From Chlorokybus atmophyticus (lineage: Eukaryota > Plantae > Mesostigma and Chlorokybus algae): a DNA stretch of 46,668 nt. Positions 22,990 to 35,973 of this stretch are shown here, piece after piece. The position numbers and the translations under genes are program-made. The stretch covers positions 389,019-435,686 of the forward strand of contig RHPI01000249.1 of NCBI GenBank assembly GCA_009103225.1. Direction: 5' to 3'. A model generated the notes under the pieces. That model worked only from the letters and a program-made list of their open reading frames with translations. It made no database searches and was not told the origin of the DNA. Within the stretch, counting starts at the first letter, position 1; each line of letters starts with the position of its first letter.

Positions 22990-23860
22990 TCTTATCCACA
23001 GGGCAAGCTGACCAGGTACAAAAATAGCCTCAACACTCCCACGCGGGCAGCTTGGCCTTCAACACCTTCGTCTTCAACTCCATCCTCATGCGTGACAAAC
23101 TGTCACGCACACCTTCGTTCTCCTTCATCTTTATCATCATGTAGCTGTTGCTCTTCCGCTTGGACACGATCTCCTCAAACATGGATCAGGCCAACTTATA
23201 CAAGTAGCAACTACACTCTGTAGTTCTACTCCTGAATCCGAGACATGGTCGCCACCACAAAGACTAGCCAATACAAGTAGCAACCACACACAGTAGTTCC
23301 ATTCCCAGATAATGAGTCCACACACAGTGTCCTCTCAGCACTCTACATCCCTTTCTTCAATTATGGTGGTCATCTTTGATGTCTCCTGCATGTGCTGTAA
23401 TGCTTGCCTTCGACACGCCTGCACCATATGTACATCAACGTCTCCATCGCCTCCCACTCTCGTGGTCCTTGCTAATGCCAGCTTCCTTAGCCCCCACGGA
23501 CTCAACTCCTCCTCTTGTCAGCGAACACCGTTAGCAACCTCCACACCTCGCGAACCCCTCGTCGCCCTGGAAACCTCCAGCCTTGTGGAATCCTCCACCT
23601 TCACACTTGCGAACACTCCCGGCGCTCGTGCCACGCTTTCAGTGCCCTTCCTTTAAACGTCACATGAACGCCATTCCTCATGCTTCGTCACTAGCCTTCA
23701 CTTGCAGTCACCTTGAGACCTTCTTGTCCACCGTTGGTACTGCCTCAAAGCCTTCTCATGCTTCTTCCACCAGTCATGCCGCTCCTCCATCAACACCACC
23801 GTGATGGTCCAGCAACATCTTCATCCATGTTGTAGTTGTTGTCATGCGCGAGCATGTAGT
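22990..23860 (-). mobile_element. Fragment of the Copia gag-PR-only family (LTR edge, PPT position, charged tail)
   Basis: GGGCAAGCTGACC..CTCAACACTCCCACGCGGGCAGCTTGG matches 7118-7186. Confidence 0.65.
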
Positions 23861-24784
23861 GTTATGTGGATGAAGCCCTCGGGGCTGGCGGCATGAATAA
23901 ACCTTGGGATTTCAGCTTCCATAGCCATTTTGCAGGTTTTATGTGTTAGGTTTTCATTGGGAAGTCATAATTAAGTCCTTATGGACGTGAGAGAGGTGTG
24001 TTCGAAGCGTATCTACAGTAAGATACCGAGCTGACAGCATACTTGGATTACTATAATATCCTGCGCAGCTGTTCGGGAGTTGTGATTTTGAAATGGCAAA
24101 ACTTATGGTTGGGATGGCGGTTTGACCGTGGGTTGGCGTCCAACCAATGGCGTCTTGAAGTGTACTTGAAAAGGATGAGGTTGGATAAGCCTTTCCTATT
24201 CGTGTACTGTTACTTGTCACCGCAATTATGACTGTTACGATGCTGGTGCAGACTGACAATTAGGGTAATTGGAGAGTTAATCGGGTTTAGGCTCAACGAG
24301 TGGTATATAAGGCTGTGCTAGCTTGTTTCCGAGTTTGGTTGGATGCAAGTTGGCCTACTGGAGTGCAAGCAACAACACCTTTGAGAAGAGGTTCTTGGCT
24401 GAGCGAATGCTTGTGCACATGCTTGCTTGTATGATGTGTGTGCACGTGTTCGTTGTTGTGCATGAAGGGGTGTGCGTCACTGTCGCGACTTTGATGCACC
24501 GTATGGGCTGCCTAATCATAAGCATTGAGTGAGGATTGAGTTTGGACTGCTCTACACAAATGAACGGCTGATTGCAAGTCAAGTTGTGGTTGGTCTTGCC
24601 TACCATTTGCAAGGGGACACGCATCTTTCACTTGCATCCAACTTGCTCTAGGTAGAATCGAGTTGCAGGCGACTTCATGCCCACAGATCTGGAGAGGACT
24701 GGCACTCACGCCCATTGAAGGTGCCCTTAACGAGAGGAGCATCAAAAGGAAGGATCACTCCGGTGGAGGGGCCTTGCCGAAGAG

Positions 24785-25900
24785 ATGTTGTCAAGTGACG
24801 AGGAGTCCGACATCGAGGACAAGGGTGGAGTGATACCTGATTCAGCTTCAACAATGGATAGCACACTGAGATTTAGTGGAAGGCTTGGCACGGCGGACCT
24901 ACGCAACTTTATCGACCGCTTCGACTCCGAGATGGTCAAATGGGAGTACTGGAACAAGTTGGGGTGGGACGAGCACAAAGCCTTCAACATGAAGCCCTTG
25001 TATCTGAAGGATGAAACCCTAGGCACGTGGAGAGAGTTAAAGGAGCAGCTGGAGGTGAGGGAGAAGGCGTTGCGGCTCGGCGCACCGGCTGCGTTTGAAG
25101 CGGAGTAGAAGAAGGAGCAGCCCGTGAAGAAGTTCAAGGCGCTCTTGAGAAAGACCTACCCACAATCAACACGTGCCAAGGTTCGTGAGCTGAGTTTCTT
25201 CAAGCTCAACGCGGGGGAGACGGCGCGGATGATGTATACGCGCATGCTCCAGCTCTTGACTGACACAGACTACAAGGTGATGACTGATCAGACCGTGGCG
25301 GTTGTGTACTTTCAACAACTAGAGGCGGACTTGAGGCTGAAGGTGGAGACCATGTTGAGTACTCAGTCCAAGTTTGGCACATACATGCTTGCGGATGTCT
25401 TCAAGGTGGCCGAGACGGCTGAAACTCAGCATGAGTACCTCAAGAGCATCGACCGGCAGCGTCGGGGGCTTAATCTGCTTAAGATTTCGGAAGAGAAGAG
25501 CTATTTGAAGCCCACGGCGACATCAGCGGCAAGCAAGGCAGTTGGTGGGAATCCGAGGCAACTCCGGCACGCCAACAAGAAGGTGTGTCGGGTCCAAATG
25601 TTGGTCCTGCGGAGAGCAAGGCCATATCGCGAGGGATTGTGGCAAAGGCAAGAAGGTTGTGTGCTCTCATAGCAAGAAGGGAGGGCATGTCAACTGTTGG
25701 AGCAAGCATCCGGAGGTGCGTCCACCACAAGGAGGGGCAATCGAAGCTCACTCAAGTGTGAGAGCGAAATCATCGATGTCGGAGGTGACAAAGGCATTGG
25801 CGGCAATGCAATCGGAGTATGCATCGTTGCAAAGCATGCTCGAGCGAGGGAAATGGCCCGAGAGAGGAGCGGAGGGTAAGCCAAGCAGCTCCGGAGGCTA
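24785..25900 (+). pseudogene. Gypsy gag with CCHC knuckles
   Basis: RFSGRLGTADLRNFIDRFD, TRAKVRELSFFK, CWSCGEQGHIARDC and a degenerate second knuckle; stops present. Confidence 0.8.
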
Positions 25901-26689
25901 TCTTGCATGTAGTGCGCTCACCGGAGGCACCAAGGTGGCAGCGGTTGCAACAACGAGAGTGCCGGCACGCCGAAACGCTGCATCAGCTCCTTCGACTAGG
26001 ATGGTTGAGGTGGAGGCCGCGCCCGTCCGCGAGGAGGGTGTGGATCATGATAGGATGCGGGCACCAGCTGCACGCATGCCTATGTCGTTCAAACTGCTGC
26101 CAACAACCCCGTTGGAGCAAGAGAGTTCGCGCTCGGATGGTGCGAAGGGAAGCAGCCCCGACTGCTACAGCAACGGCGCGACACGATGTTGGCATTGGTG
26201 GCGATGGTGAGCACAAGAGAGCGGACGAGCTGCTACAAATGTGTGTGAAGCTTCTTGAGGGTGCCAAGATGCTTTCCCAACAGCCCGCAACCCAAGCCAA
26301 TGAAGAAAACTTAAAGTTGACGGCGCCGTTGGAAGATGCGCCGTAAAAAGTTGCCGCGGTGGAGCTGGTCGGGCAGCCACTTGTTCGCTTGAAGAACCTT
26401 GGATTCAGCAAGGAACACGTGGTGGAGATGTTGCAAAGCGCTCTAAACACCACAAGGACTGCCTCGACAAAGTCTCATGACCATGTGAGCGAGTCTCATG
26501 AAGATATGGTGGCGCAAACATGCCGTATGGCTGCGCGCAGAGCTGGCGGCGTCGGAGGGGCCGGCGTCGAGTTCTCGCACTCAGCTTTAAGACTAGCTGG
26601 AGGAAGGTGTGGGGAGTGTAGGGGGGATGTTGGCACAGCTTCCCGCCAATCGGCCGGCCTTGAGAGAAAAGATATCGCCGAATGTGGCG

Positions 26690-28468
26690 ATGGTGGACAA
26701 CCGTGGTGGACACATCAGCCTAGACGGCTTCGTGCCCGGTGTTGTCTTAGTGGATACAGGTGCAACTTGTCATTTTGGGTGCTACAGCTGTTAAAGGGAT
26801 GGGACTCAGCCTCAAGGAGTGGGAGCCATGCCCGGTCATGATAAATTCCTCGGCGGGGACCGTAGAGGCCGTGTGCGGCATAACGGTGCAGCAGGTGGAC
26901 ATGTGCTTCATTGCGTTGGGGGGGTGCTACCACGTCTTTCAGAGGTCGATGCCTCATCACGGATATGAAGGGGCATGATGTGCTGCTCGGGCAAGACTTC
27001 TTGTTCCCCGTCGGCGGCAGTTGGTGCGCGTCATCAACATGATTCAGCAAGGACAAGAGCAGCCCATGGCGTACAGCATCGAGAATGTCTCAGCTGAAGA
27101 CGACAAACGCAAGCGCGTGAGAGAGGACTATCAGCTGGTGAGATATGTGTTAGCTTAGTATGTAGTTAGCTGCACGGCATGGTTCGCGTGCGCATCGGCT
27201 GCGTGTGAAGTGGACGAACCTTTCGGTGGTTGAGTTGCTTCGCACGGTGCAGTAAGAGTACTCTTGACCACAAGGCTTGACGGCCAACCAGGTGCTGGAG
27301 CAAAAGCGCACAGCACAACACGTCAGCAAGGCTGATTGGCCGCCACGGGAGGTGGTGAACCAGGTCGGGCACAACATGGCGGCAGTGCCAACATTGGTGA
27401 CATACTCAGGCTCTTATGCATTCCGCAAGGGAGGGCCAGGGCTGGTGCGAGACTTACAAAACAGCTAGTTGAGCGCGAGCATGCGATGGGGTTCTTAACC
27501 AGTGCGACAGCGGCGTTAGGATTGAGTGAACAACATCGCCAGGTGCTGCTAGGACAAGCCATGGACTAAAACAGCATGGAGGATGTGTGGTGACTATCGG
27601 CCATTGAGTGAGAAGACCAAGGCTGATCGGTACTCTATGCCTATCCCCGTGGCTATCTTCGATGACACTGGTGATGCAAAGGTGTTCTCCATCGTGGACT
27701 TGAGGCAGGGCTGCAATCAGATAGCCATCAAGCCAGAGGACCGTGGTAAGACAGCATTTTGAGGAGTGGACCAGCTCCACCAATGGAAGGTCATGCCGTT
27801 CGGCTTGAAGAACGCACCTATCAAGTTTCAGCGTGTGATGGACCGTATGCTTCGTGATCTGCCCTTTGCAAGGTGCTATATCGATGACATACTGGTGTTT
27901 AGCCACACTCTAGAGGAGCATCTTGTGCACTTGAAGCGCGTATGAGAGCGTGTGCGCGAGAGCGGCATGAGGTGTCACTCAAAGAAGTGCTTGTTTAGAG
28001 CTGATCGCATCCCACATCTCGGCCATGAGATAGTGCCGGATGGAGTCCATATGCAACAAGCAAAGGTGGACGCCTTGGTGTAAGTGCCTGCACCGACAGA
28101 CATTAGCCAATCACGGGCGTTTCTCGACTTGGCGAACTACAATCAGAGGTTCATGGAGGGGTACAGCAAGATTGCAAAACCCTTGAATGAGTTGTTGAAG
28201 AAGGACGAGGCCTGGTGCTGGTTGAAGGAGTGCCAACGTGTCGTTGAGCTTCTCAAGGAGAAGCTATGCACCGCGCCGGTGTTGAGACGGGCGGACTACA
28301 ACCGTGCCTTCATCCTACATACGGATTGAAGCCAATTGGGCATTGGGGCCGTATTGTGTCAACATGACGACAACGGGAAGGAGTGCGTGGTCGCGTACGG
28401 CAACAACAGCACTAAGGCGAACTACAGCTCCTATGAGGGGGGGTGTTCGGCGGTAATTTGAGCCATCG
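26690..28468 (+). pseudogene. Gypsy pol: aspartic protease, RT, RNase H N-part
   Basis: VLVDTGATCHF; WRMCGDYRPL, DLRQGCNQI, MPFGLKNAP, CYIDDILVFS (27877-27888); AFILHTD*SQLGIGAVL. Confidence 0.93.
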
Positions 28469-28469
28469 C

Positions 28470-29650
28470 TTTTACTTATTTTTTTGCACGGAAAACAATA
28501 TTGTATCAAGAGCGAGCAAGAGAGTTTTATGTTGTGAGTTATCTACCAAAAAAAGTAGTAAACGAATAAGACATACAAGAAGAGGGTAGTTGCTAGTATT
28601 TGAGGGTAAATTAGTTGTGCTAAGTTAAGTATGTCCGCGTCAGCTAGCAGGAGAAGGAGTGAGTCAGGTAATTGCATATGGAAGGGGGGCGGGAGGCGGT
28701 GCCATGCAATGCGGGGATACGGGATGTGCCAGGACGAAGAGCACATTAGGTCACTGCAGCCCCAGGTAGCCTTGAATCTGAGGAAAGCAGGAAGCCGGTT
28801 GTCGTCTGAATGCACTGTTGTCAGTCATGCACTCGTGATCGGTCACCTTTTGCCATCTTCACGATGGCAGTAGATGTGGCTAGGATGCACTGAGTGGGAG
28901 AGGTAGGAGAGGAGTCAAAGCGAAGGCGGTCGCATGCCAGCCAGATGTACTATAAGAACAGTGGGAAGAGCTTTCGCAAGAGTTTCGTGAGCGGTAGGTC
29001 TGGTAACAGAGAGTGAAAGAAGACGGTGTGGAGGGATGGTGCAAGGGGAGGCCTCTTATGTGAGTCCACCATGTGCACAACCACCTCCACACCTGCATGC
29101 TGTAGGAGCAGTCGATGAAGAGATGTGAGGGGGTTTCTTGAAGGGGAGTTGTGCACATGACGCAACTGCCCTTAGATATGTTAAAGCGCTGGAGGCGATC
29201 ACCGGTGTAGAGAGCATGTAAAAGTAGCCTCATAAAACATTTGATTGATAAACCAACTGCCATTCCGTTGACCATAGCTCGCTGAAGCCAATGTCTGCGC
29301 ACATCTTCTCGCAGCAGAAAAGAGATGCGCTTGGCTGGAAGCTAGAAAGTGATAGCCTAGTTTGGCTCTGTATTCTCAAAGACAGCCAGGTTGAGAGAGT
29401 GTGGACCCGGGAATGTAGTCTATGGCTATGAGGTAAATGTGCAGTGAGCGAAAGGGTGCGGCGCCAACTACTCTCCAGCCTGCATAGCGCTGAGCTGGGG
29501 GAAGTGCCTGCCGAGTTGCGCTATCGATTGGGGGTGAGAGCAAAAAGGGTGCCAGTAATGTGGAGGGGGTAGGACTTGTATGCGGACAAGTCGACGAAGG
29601 CGAGGGGGAGGCCAGTGTGTCTTCTTCCGGATCTTGATCTTCAAGGTGAA
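28470..29650 (-). mobile_element. 5'-truncated L1-like LINE 3' end
   Basis: zf-RVT CVMCTTPLQETPSHLFIDC..QVWRWL; T-rich tail 28470-28485 abuts the cut Gypsy RNase H. Confidence 0.8.
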
Positions 29651-29659
29651 GGCCATTGC

Positions 29660-31043
29660 TGTACAGTGGTTGTGTGTGATGCGTTGTCAATGTATGTCAA
29701 ATTGAGCATGTCTTGCACATGGCTCAGTCCGGTCAGCTTAGGCTTTTGGCTAAGGCATTTGCCTCGAAGCAGGTACTGCTTTTATGACTTGATATCGAGC
29801 AAGTCATGAGTCTACTGGCGGATATCTAAAGAGTGCGTGTCATAATGCTCGAAGATTTCGGACTTGCAAGAGCCCCGCGGCTGCTCAACCATTTGACGCG
29901 TGGCGTAGCTTGTTAGGAAGCAATAGTTATTAGCCACGTGTAACAAGTTACAGAATAGCTTATGATAGACTGTAGAAGACGCAGTAGTTTCTAGAGTAGA
30001 CAAGTGCAGACTGGTTGGTATAAAACCCTAGCAACTAAGCAAGTTGTTGGTTCGGTGCAAACCCCTTTGCCATACCTGTGCAAAGCCTCTCGTGCATGCT
30101 CTGGTGACTAGATCAATCTCAACAGGTTATGGGCCCACACTGCTAATGGTTCAGTAGAGGAGAAAGCACTACACTCGTGTGTGTGCATGTGTGTGCTGCC
30201 ACTTGCAGGCTGTGTTGGGAAGCTAAGTATTCTGGGCGAACCCGGCCTACTAATTAGCAACATTAGCAACGGCGCTGCGGGGTAGTTGCATAGCATTGGC
30301 ACTGAGTGGTGCGCACACTTGGGTTGTGATTGTGTGAATTGCAACTGTGGTGTGGGAGTGTTGCTGTTGCATCTTAAGATCCTTTGGAGAAGAAGAATAT
30401 AGCGGACAACGATAGCTCTGGCATTAAGCTGTCAGTGGAACTTCTGGACCTTGAGAACTATAGCACTTGGATTATCAAGATAAAGGCGATACTGAAGCAC
30501 AAGGGTTGGTGGAAGTATGATGATCCCAACGGTGAGGCACCTGTGGAAGGTAAACAGAGTGTCTAGGTGGAGAAGAGTGAGACGGCACTGGCATTGATGT
30601 GCTTAAACGTGATGGAACACCATCTTGTGATGCTTGGTGAGTGCGAGCTTGCCAAAAAGCGTGGCAAAAGCTGGCAAAAGCTGGCAGATACATTCAAAGC
30701 AAGAAACAATGTAAGAAAGCTACAACTTTGGAGGCAGCTGAACGCAGTGATGAAGGAGTTAGCAGAGCCTATCTCCAAGTATGTGGGAAGAGCAAGGGAA
30801 TTGTGGAAAGACACTCCCATAGGCCATGAGGTGAAGGAGGTGGAACTGGTGTGGGCTATCCTCTCTGGTCTTCCTGAGGAGTACGATATGGTGGTCACTG
30901 TGCTTGAGACACAAAGCCAGGAGCTCAAGCTGGACGTGGTGATGCCCATGCTACTGCAATAAGAAGACAAGAAAGAGAAGGGAAGAAGCTAATACTGTGG
31001 CGTTTGCTGCTTCAAGCTTGGGAAAGAGAAATTAAGCTGGTGG
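29660..31043 (+). mobile_element. Copia: 5' LTR (ends TCTCAACA at 30124; left end uncertain), PBS GGTTATGGGCCC (30125-30136), gag
   Basis: ELLDLENYSTWIIKIKAIL, AILSGLPEEYDMVVTVL; cut at 31043 and resumes at 39836. Confidence 0.88.
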
Positions 31044-32414
31044 CACACGGAATTTTTTCCACGGACCAGCCCTGGTCCGCACGTACGGACCAGGGCCAAA
31101 ACGCCCGGGCGGCTTGGGGTCCGGACCAGGGTCGCCCGCCTTGGTCTGCACGCGGGGACCAGGGCTGGTCCAAACAGTACGTAATTGTCCCACGGTCCCC
31201 CAAAAAACCGGGCCAGGGCTGGTGCTTGTCGAAAAACATCGGACCAGCGATGGTGCTCTTTACGGACCGTCATTGGTCCCTTTTGAGTCAATTTTCTGGT
31301 GATTGAAGCCATGGTCGTACTTGCGAACCATGGCTGGTGCGCCTTCACAGATGTTTTGAACCATGTGTGGTCCGGCTTGGCACCTTATGTGGTGCGTCTG
31401 GCCGGCTGCAGCCGGACCAGCATCTTGAACTGACCGGCGGCGGTTAAAAATGCTCTAAATCAACTGTTTCGGCTAACTACCGTCAGCTGCGGCTGACCGT
31501 AGTTAGGCCGCCGCTGCTGGAAGCCTGGCGGGCGGCCTGGTGCTCCATACCAAGAGCACCAAGCCACGCCAATGGCCTGGTCATGCTGGTCGCTTTCCGG
31601 CCCGTATGACCAGGTCAAGAACAGTTGCCAAGCCACAGCCATGACGTCCTAGGAGCCGCCCTGTCATGGCCTGGTGATGTTAAACATCACCAGGCCATGA
31701 CGAGGACATGAATCAAGGCCAGCAGAGACGGTCTTCATGCTGCACCTGTTTAAACAGGCGTACATGCATACAAAGCAAGCAGGAACACATACCAACTGAT
31801 GCGAACAGTGATGTAACTTGTACTTTCGTTGGCAGCACCTACAGCTAACACCTACCCTACTGCCTAGTGCAAGTTGCGTTACCTCACGGGCCTGCACAAT
31901 TAACAAGAACAAACACGTTCACATTCAGCCACGCACAGCAATAAAATTTCTGTCACACGCGCACACATCACAAACGCGCCTGCCACAGCCCGACGTCCGC
32001 TCCTCCCTCTACATTAAGTGCCACCCCTTGCAGTGCAGGGCTTGCACGTGCGTGTGCGTCTGTTGAAACGCTTGCAACTGTTGGTGTGCGTATGTGCAAA
32101 CTGTGATTGAACACGCCAGTCATGCGTAGGCTTACTTAAGCATGTGCAAGTGCGTGCCTGTTCACACGTAAGCAATGCTCAATGTCCCACAACACATGCA
32201 TGCACACTCATACCCATGCGCTCTCACACACTCAACACACCTTGCAAGTAAAGAAGGGCACGGACAGCTGGGGAGAGCAGTGCTTGCATACGGAAAGCCG
32301 TGCAGCACAAAGTCTTTCTCTCTTAGCAGCGGCTTGCAGCTTGGGGGGTCAGTCCACACACCTGCGCGTGCGCGCATGCTTGTATGTGTGCACGTCTCAA
32401 TGAGGGGGGGAGGA

Positions 32415-33355
32415 NNNNNNNNNNNNNNNNNNNNNNNNNNNNNNNNNNNNNNNNNNNNNNNNNNNNNNNNNNNNNNNNNNNNNNNNNNNNNNNNNNNNNN
32501 NNNNNNNNNNNNNNNNNNNNNNNNNNNNNNNNNNNNNNNNNNNNNNNNNNNNNNNNNNNNNNNNNNNNNNNNNNNNNNNNNNNNNNNNNNNNNNNNNNNN
32601 NNNNNNNNNNNNNNNGGGGGGGACACCTCTTCACATGCATGGTGTACTCGCATAACTGCCTAGCCTACAGCCTACGGCAACTGCCTCATAGGCCGCACTA
32701 TGCAGTGAGGCCTAAGAGCCAGCTTATGGAAACTGCCTCATAGGCCGCACTGGTCAGTGCGGTCTATGAGCCAGCCTCATAGGCTGGCCTGGATAATGCG
32801 GTCTGTCAAGCCCAACAAGTGTGTATGTGTGCACGTGCGTGCATGACAAAGAGCAATTGCATGCTTGCATGCGAACCTGTGTGGACAGTGCAGTCTTTGA
32901 GCCCATTTGTACATGTGATTCATTACGCGAGCATTGTCACCACGCACGCACGCACATACGCACCTACCTTGAAGCTAGTGGAGAGCACGAGCTGGGGCGA
33001 GGTAGTGCTGGCGCAGAGCCGTGCGCTGCTCGTTCTCTCTTTGTGAGCAGCAATTTGCAGCTTGGGGGGCAGTCCACATACGTGCGCGTGAGCGCATGCA
33101 CGTGTGTGCATGTGCGCATCTCTTCAAGGAGGAAGAGGGAGGGGGGGGGGGGGGGGGGGNNNNNNNNNNNNNNNNNNNNNNNNNNNNNNNNNNNNNNNNN
33201 NNNNNNNNNNNNNNNNNNNNNNNNNNNNNNNNNNNNNNNNNNNNNNNNNNNNNNNNNNNNNNNNNNNNNNNNNNNNNNNNNNNNNNNNNNNNNNNNNNNN
33301 NNNNNNNNNNNNNNNNNNNNNNNNNNNNNNNNNNNNNNNNNNNNNNNNNNNNNNN

Positions 33356-33387
<32 letters not shown>

Positions 33388-35973
33388 TCCCTTTCCTCCC
33401 CTTCCACCTGTGCTCACCTCAAGGTCTAGCAGGTGCATTGCAAGTAGGTGACATAATGGTAGTGCCCCCCGGCCCTGCGCCTTAAGCAGAGCAGCAGCAT
33501 CGGGCTCCTCCCACCAACGGTGACGCCCCGGATCACCTGTGCAATGACCGCTTAACAGATGTGTACGTCAATATATGTGCGTGCTCAAACAGTGACGTGT
33601 ACACACACTCGAGCAGACGCACGCACGCACACACATACACATATGCGCGCAAACAGGCATGCACGCACAAACATGCACACGAACGCGCGCAAGCATTGTG
33701 TAATTTTCCCTCATGGACACTTGCACACGTGCTCACTCAAACTATGGCACCTTCAGACAGCCGCCTATGACTTTTGGATTCTACTGACTGGGCATCGCTG
33801 GCTCAGAGACTGCACTGATCAGTGTCTACGAGCGCTGATAGCAATTGCTTCATAGGCTGCACTGTCCAGTGCAGCCTATGAGGTGGATGCCATAGGTCTG
33901 TAGCCTGATGACAGTAATAAGTGTATGCATGCATGCGTGACAAAGAGCACATGCATGCTTGCACGCACAAGCCCTCCCCCTCAGCTCACCTGCGGGCTGC
34001 AGCAGTTGCACCTCGTTGTACCGTCCGCAGTTTCGTGCCGTCTGAAGAGCAGCAGCGTCGGGTCCCCCCAAGACATAGAGCTTGCATCCTAACACATGGC
34101 CATGTGGAGCAGGCGGAAAGCGCTGTAGCCAGTCCCAATGCAGTGTCACATGCCGCAGCACCTCGCAGCACACATAGGTCCTGCCCAATGCAACTAGCCA
34201 TCAGAAGTACCAATTACCTGTGCAACTTTTTAATGATGATTGATTGCCGACAAGCTTCACATGCCACGTGTTGCATTGTTTTGCAACTTGCAATGGAACG
34301 ACAAGGACAGCAACAGTCATGCACAGCCCTTACCCCTCCGCTCACCTTAAGGTCTAGCAGATGCAGCAACTGCGCCCCCTGGTCATCCCTGAGAAGAGCA
34401 GCCTCACGCTCCCCAACTGACAGTGACTGTTTCAAAAACCTGTGTACATATCATTAGTGTGTGCATCTGCACAATTGGTTGCGCGTGCACACGTCTAAGC
34501 ACACGCGCACGTGTGTCTGCAAGTGCACGCACACACATACATCTGCGCGCACACATGCATACACTTGTGCGTGTTGCTTGGCTCAAAGCTGACATCATAC
34601 GCTGACAGACAGCCGCCTACAACTCCTAAAGTGACTCCTAAAAAGCTCAATGACCAGGTGCCGCTGGCTCATCGGCCGCACTGGTCAGTGCGGCCGATGA
34701 GCCAGCCCTTACAGGCTGCATTGGGTGCGGTGTACAAATGAGCAGATGTGTATATGTGACAAAGAGTATTTGCGTGCTTGCATGCACATGTGCGCGTGCG
34801 CGTGTGCGTGTGGTGTGCTTGGTAAGTGCACTGCATAGACTGAGTCTATGAGCATGCCGATAGCAACTGCCTCATAGGCTGCACTCGACAGTGCAGCCTA
34901 TCAGGCAGTTGCTATTGGTCTATAGCTCAATGTTGACAAGTGCGTGTATGTGTCAACGTGCATGAAAGAGACCATATGTGTGCTTGCACGCCTATGCCCG
35001 TGTGCATGTGCCAGCGCGCGCACATGCATATGCAATGCAATTGCAAATGCGCGTGCATATGCAGTTGGCTATGCAGTTAGTTGCTGAGAATAGATGGGTC
35101 AAGTACGCTCTTGCACGTAGTGCAAGAGTCTACTTGTGCTCTGTGGCTGTGAGATTACAATTACAAGCAAACAAACCCCAAGCTGGACACGCACTTGGAC
35201 ATGCACGCACGTTAACACAACTAGTTTACTACACAGTTAGTACATAGTTGCATGTGCGCCAGCTGTGCGTGTATATGCACTGTGTATGTGTGCTGTTAGC
35301 ATTGTGGCATTGTGACATTGTAGCACTCAACTTGCCAAGCCGTGGGCTCTTTGAAGTCTTTAAGGCCGTTCCTCCCAACGCAGGTTGACGGCCACCTAGA
35401 CAAGCTCCTCCGACACCTAGGGAAAGGAGNNNNNNNNNNNNNNNNNNNNNNNNNNNNNNNNNNNNNNNNNNNNNNNNNNNNNNNNNNNNNNNNNNNNNNN
35501 NNNNNNNNNNNNNNNNNNNNNNNNNNNNNNNNNNNNNNNNNNNNNNNNNNNNNNNNNNNNNNNNNNNNNNNNNNNNNNNNNNNNNNNNNNNNNNNNNNNN
35601 NNNNNNNNNNNNNNNNNNNNNNNNNNNNNNNNNNNNNNNNNNNNNNNNNNNNNNNNNNNNNNNNNNNNNNNNNNNNNNNNNNNNNNNNNNNNNNNNNNNN
35701 NNNNNNNNNNNNNNNNNNNNNNNNNNNNNNNNNNNNNNNNNNNNNNNNNNNNNNNNNNNNNNNNNNNNNNNNNNNNNNNNNNNNNNNNNNNNNNNNNNNN
35801 NNNNNNNNNNNNNNNNNNNNNNNNNNNNNNNNNNNNNNNNNNNNNNNNNNNNNNNNNNNNNNNNNNNNNNNNNNNNNNNNNNNNNNNNNNNNNNNNNNNN
35901 NNNNNNNNNNNNNNNNNNNNNNNNNNNNNNNNNNNNNNNNNNNNNNNNNNNNNNNNNNNNNNNNNNNNNNNNN
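32415..35973. other. Three assembly gaps (32415-32615, 33160-33355, 35430-35973) flanked by G/C runs
   Basis: Runs of N. Confidence 0.99.
32676..34914. repeat. Dispersed hairpin family, five copies, core GCACT-N4-AGTG
   Basis: Copies at 32676-32723, 32731-32787, 33849-33882, 34663-34706 and 34861-34914. Confidence 0.85.

Larger units (their letters stand above)
23900..28468 (+). mobile_element. Ty3/Gypsy element: probable LTR/leader, gag, PR, RT and partial RNase H; truncated by an L1 fragment
   Basis: See the component calls; the upstream AT-richer block with TATATAA (~24305) is LTR-like, but its ends were not resolved. Confidence 0.85.

Noticed and set aside
27150-27575. Possible separate insertion (LVKNPIACSRS resembles Copia RNase H on the - strand)
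   Set aside because: The + strand reads as a decayed Gypsy PR-RT linker leading into ..WTKTAWRMCGDYR; no TSD found.
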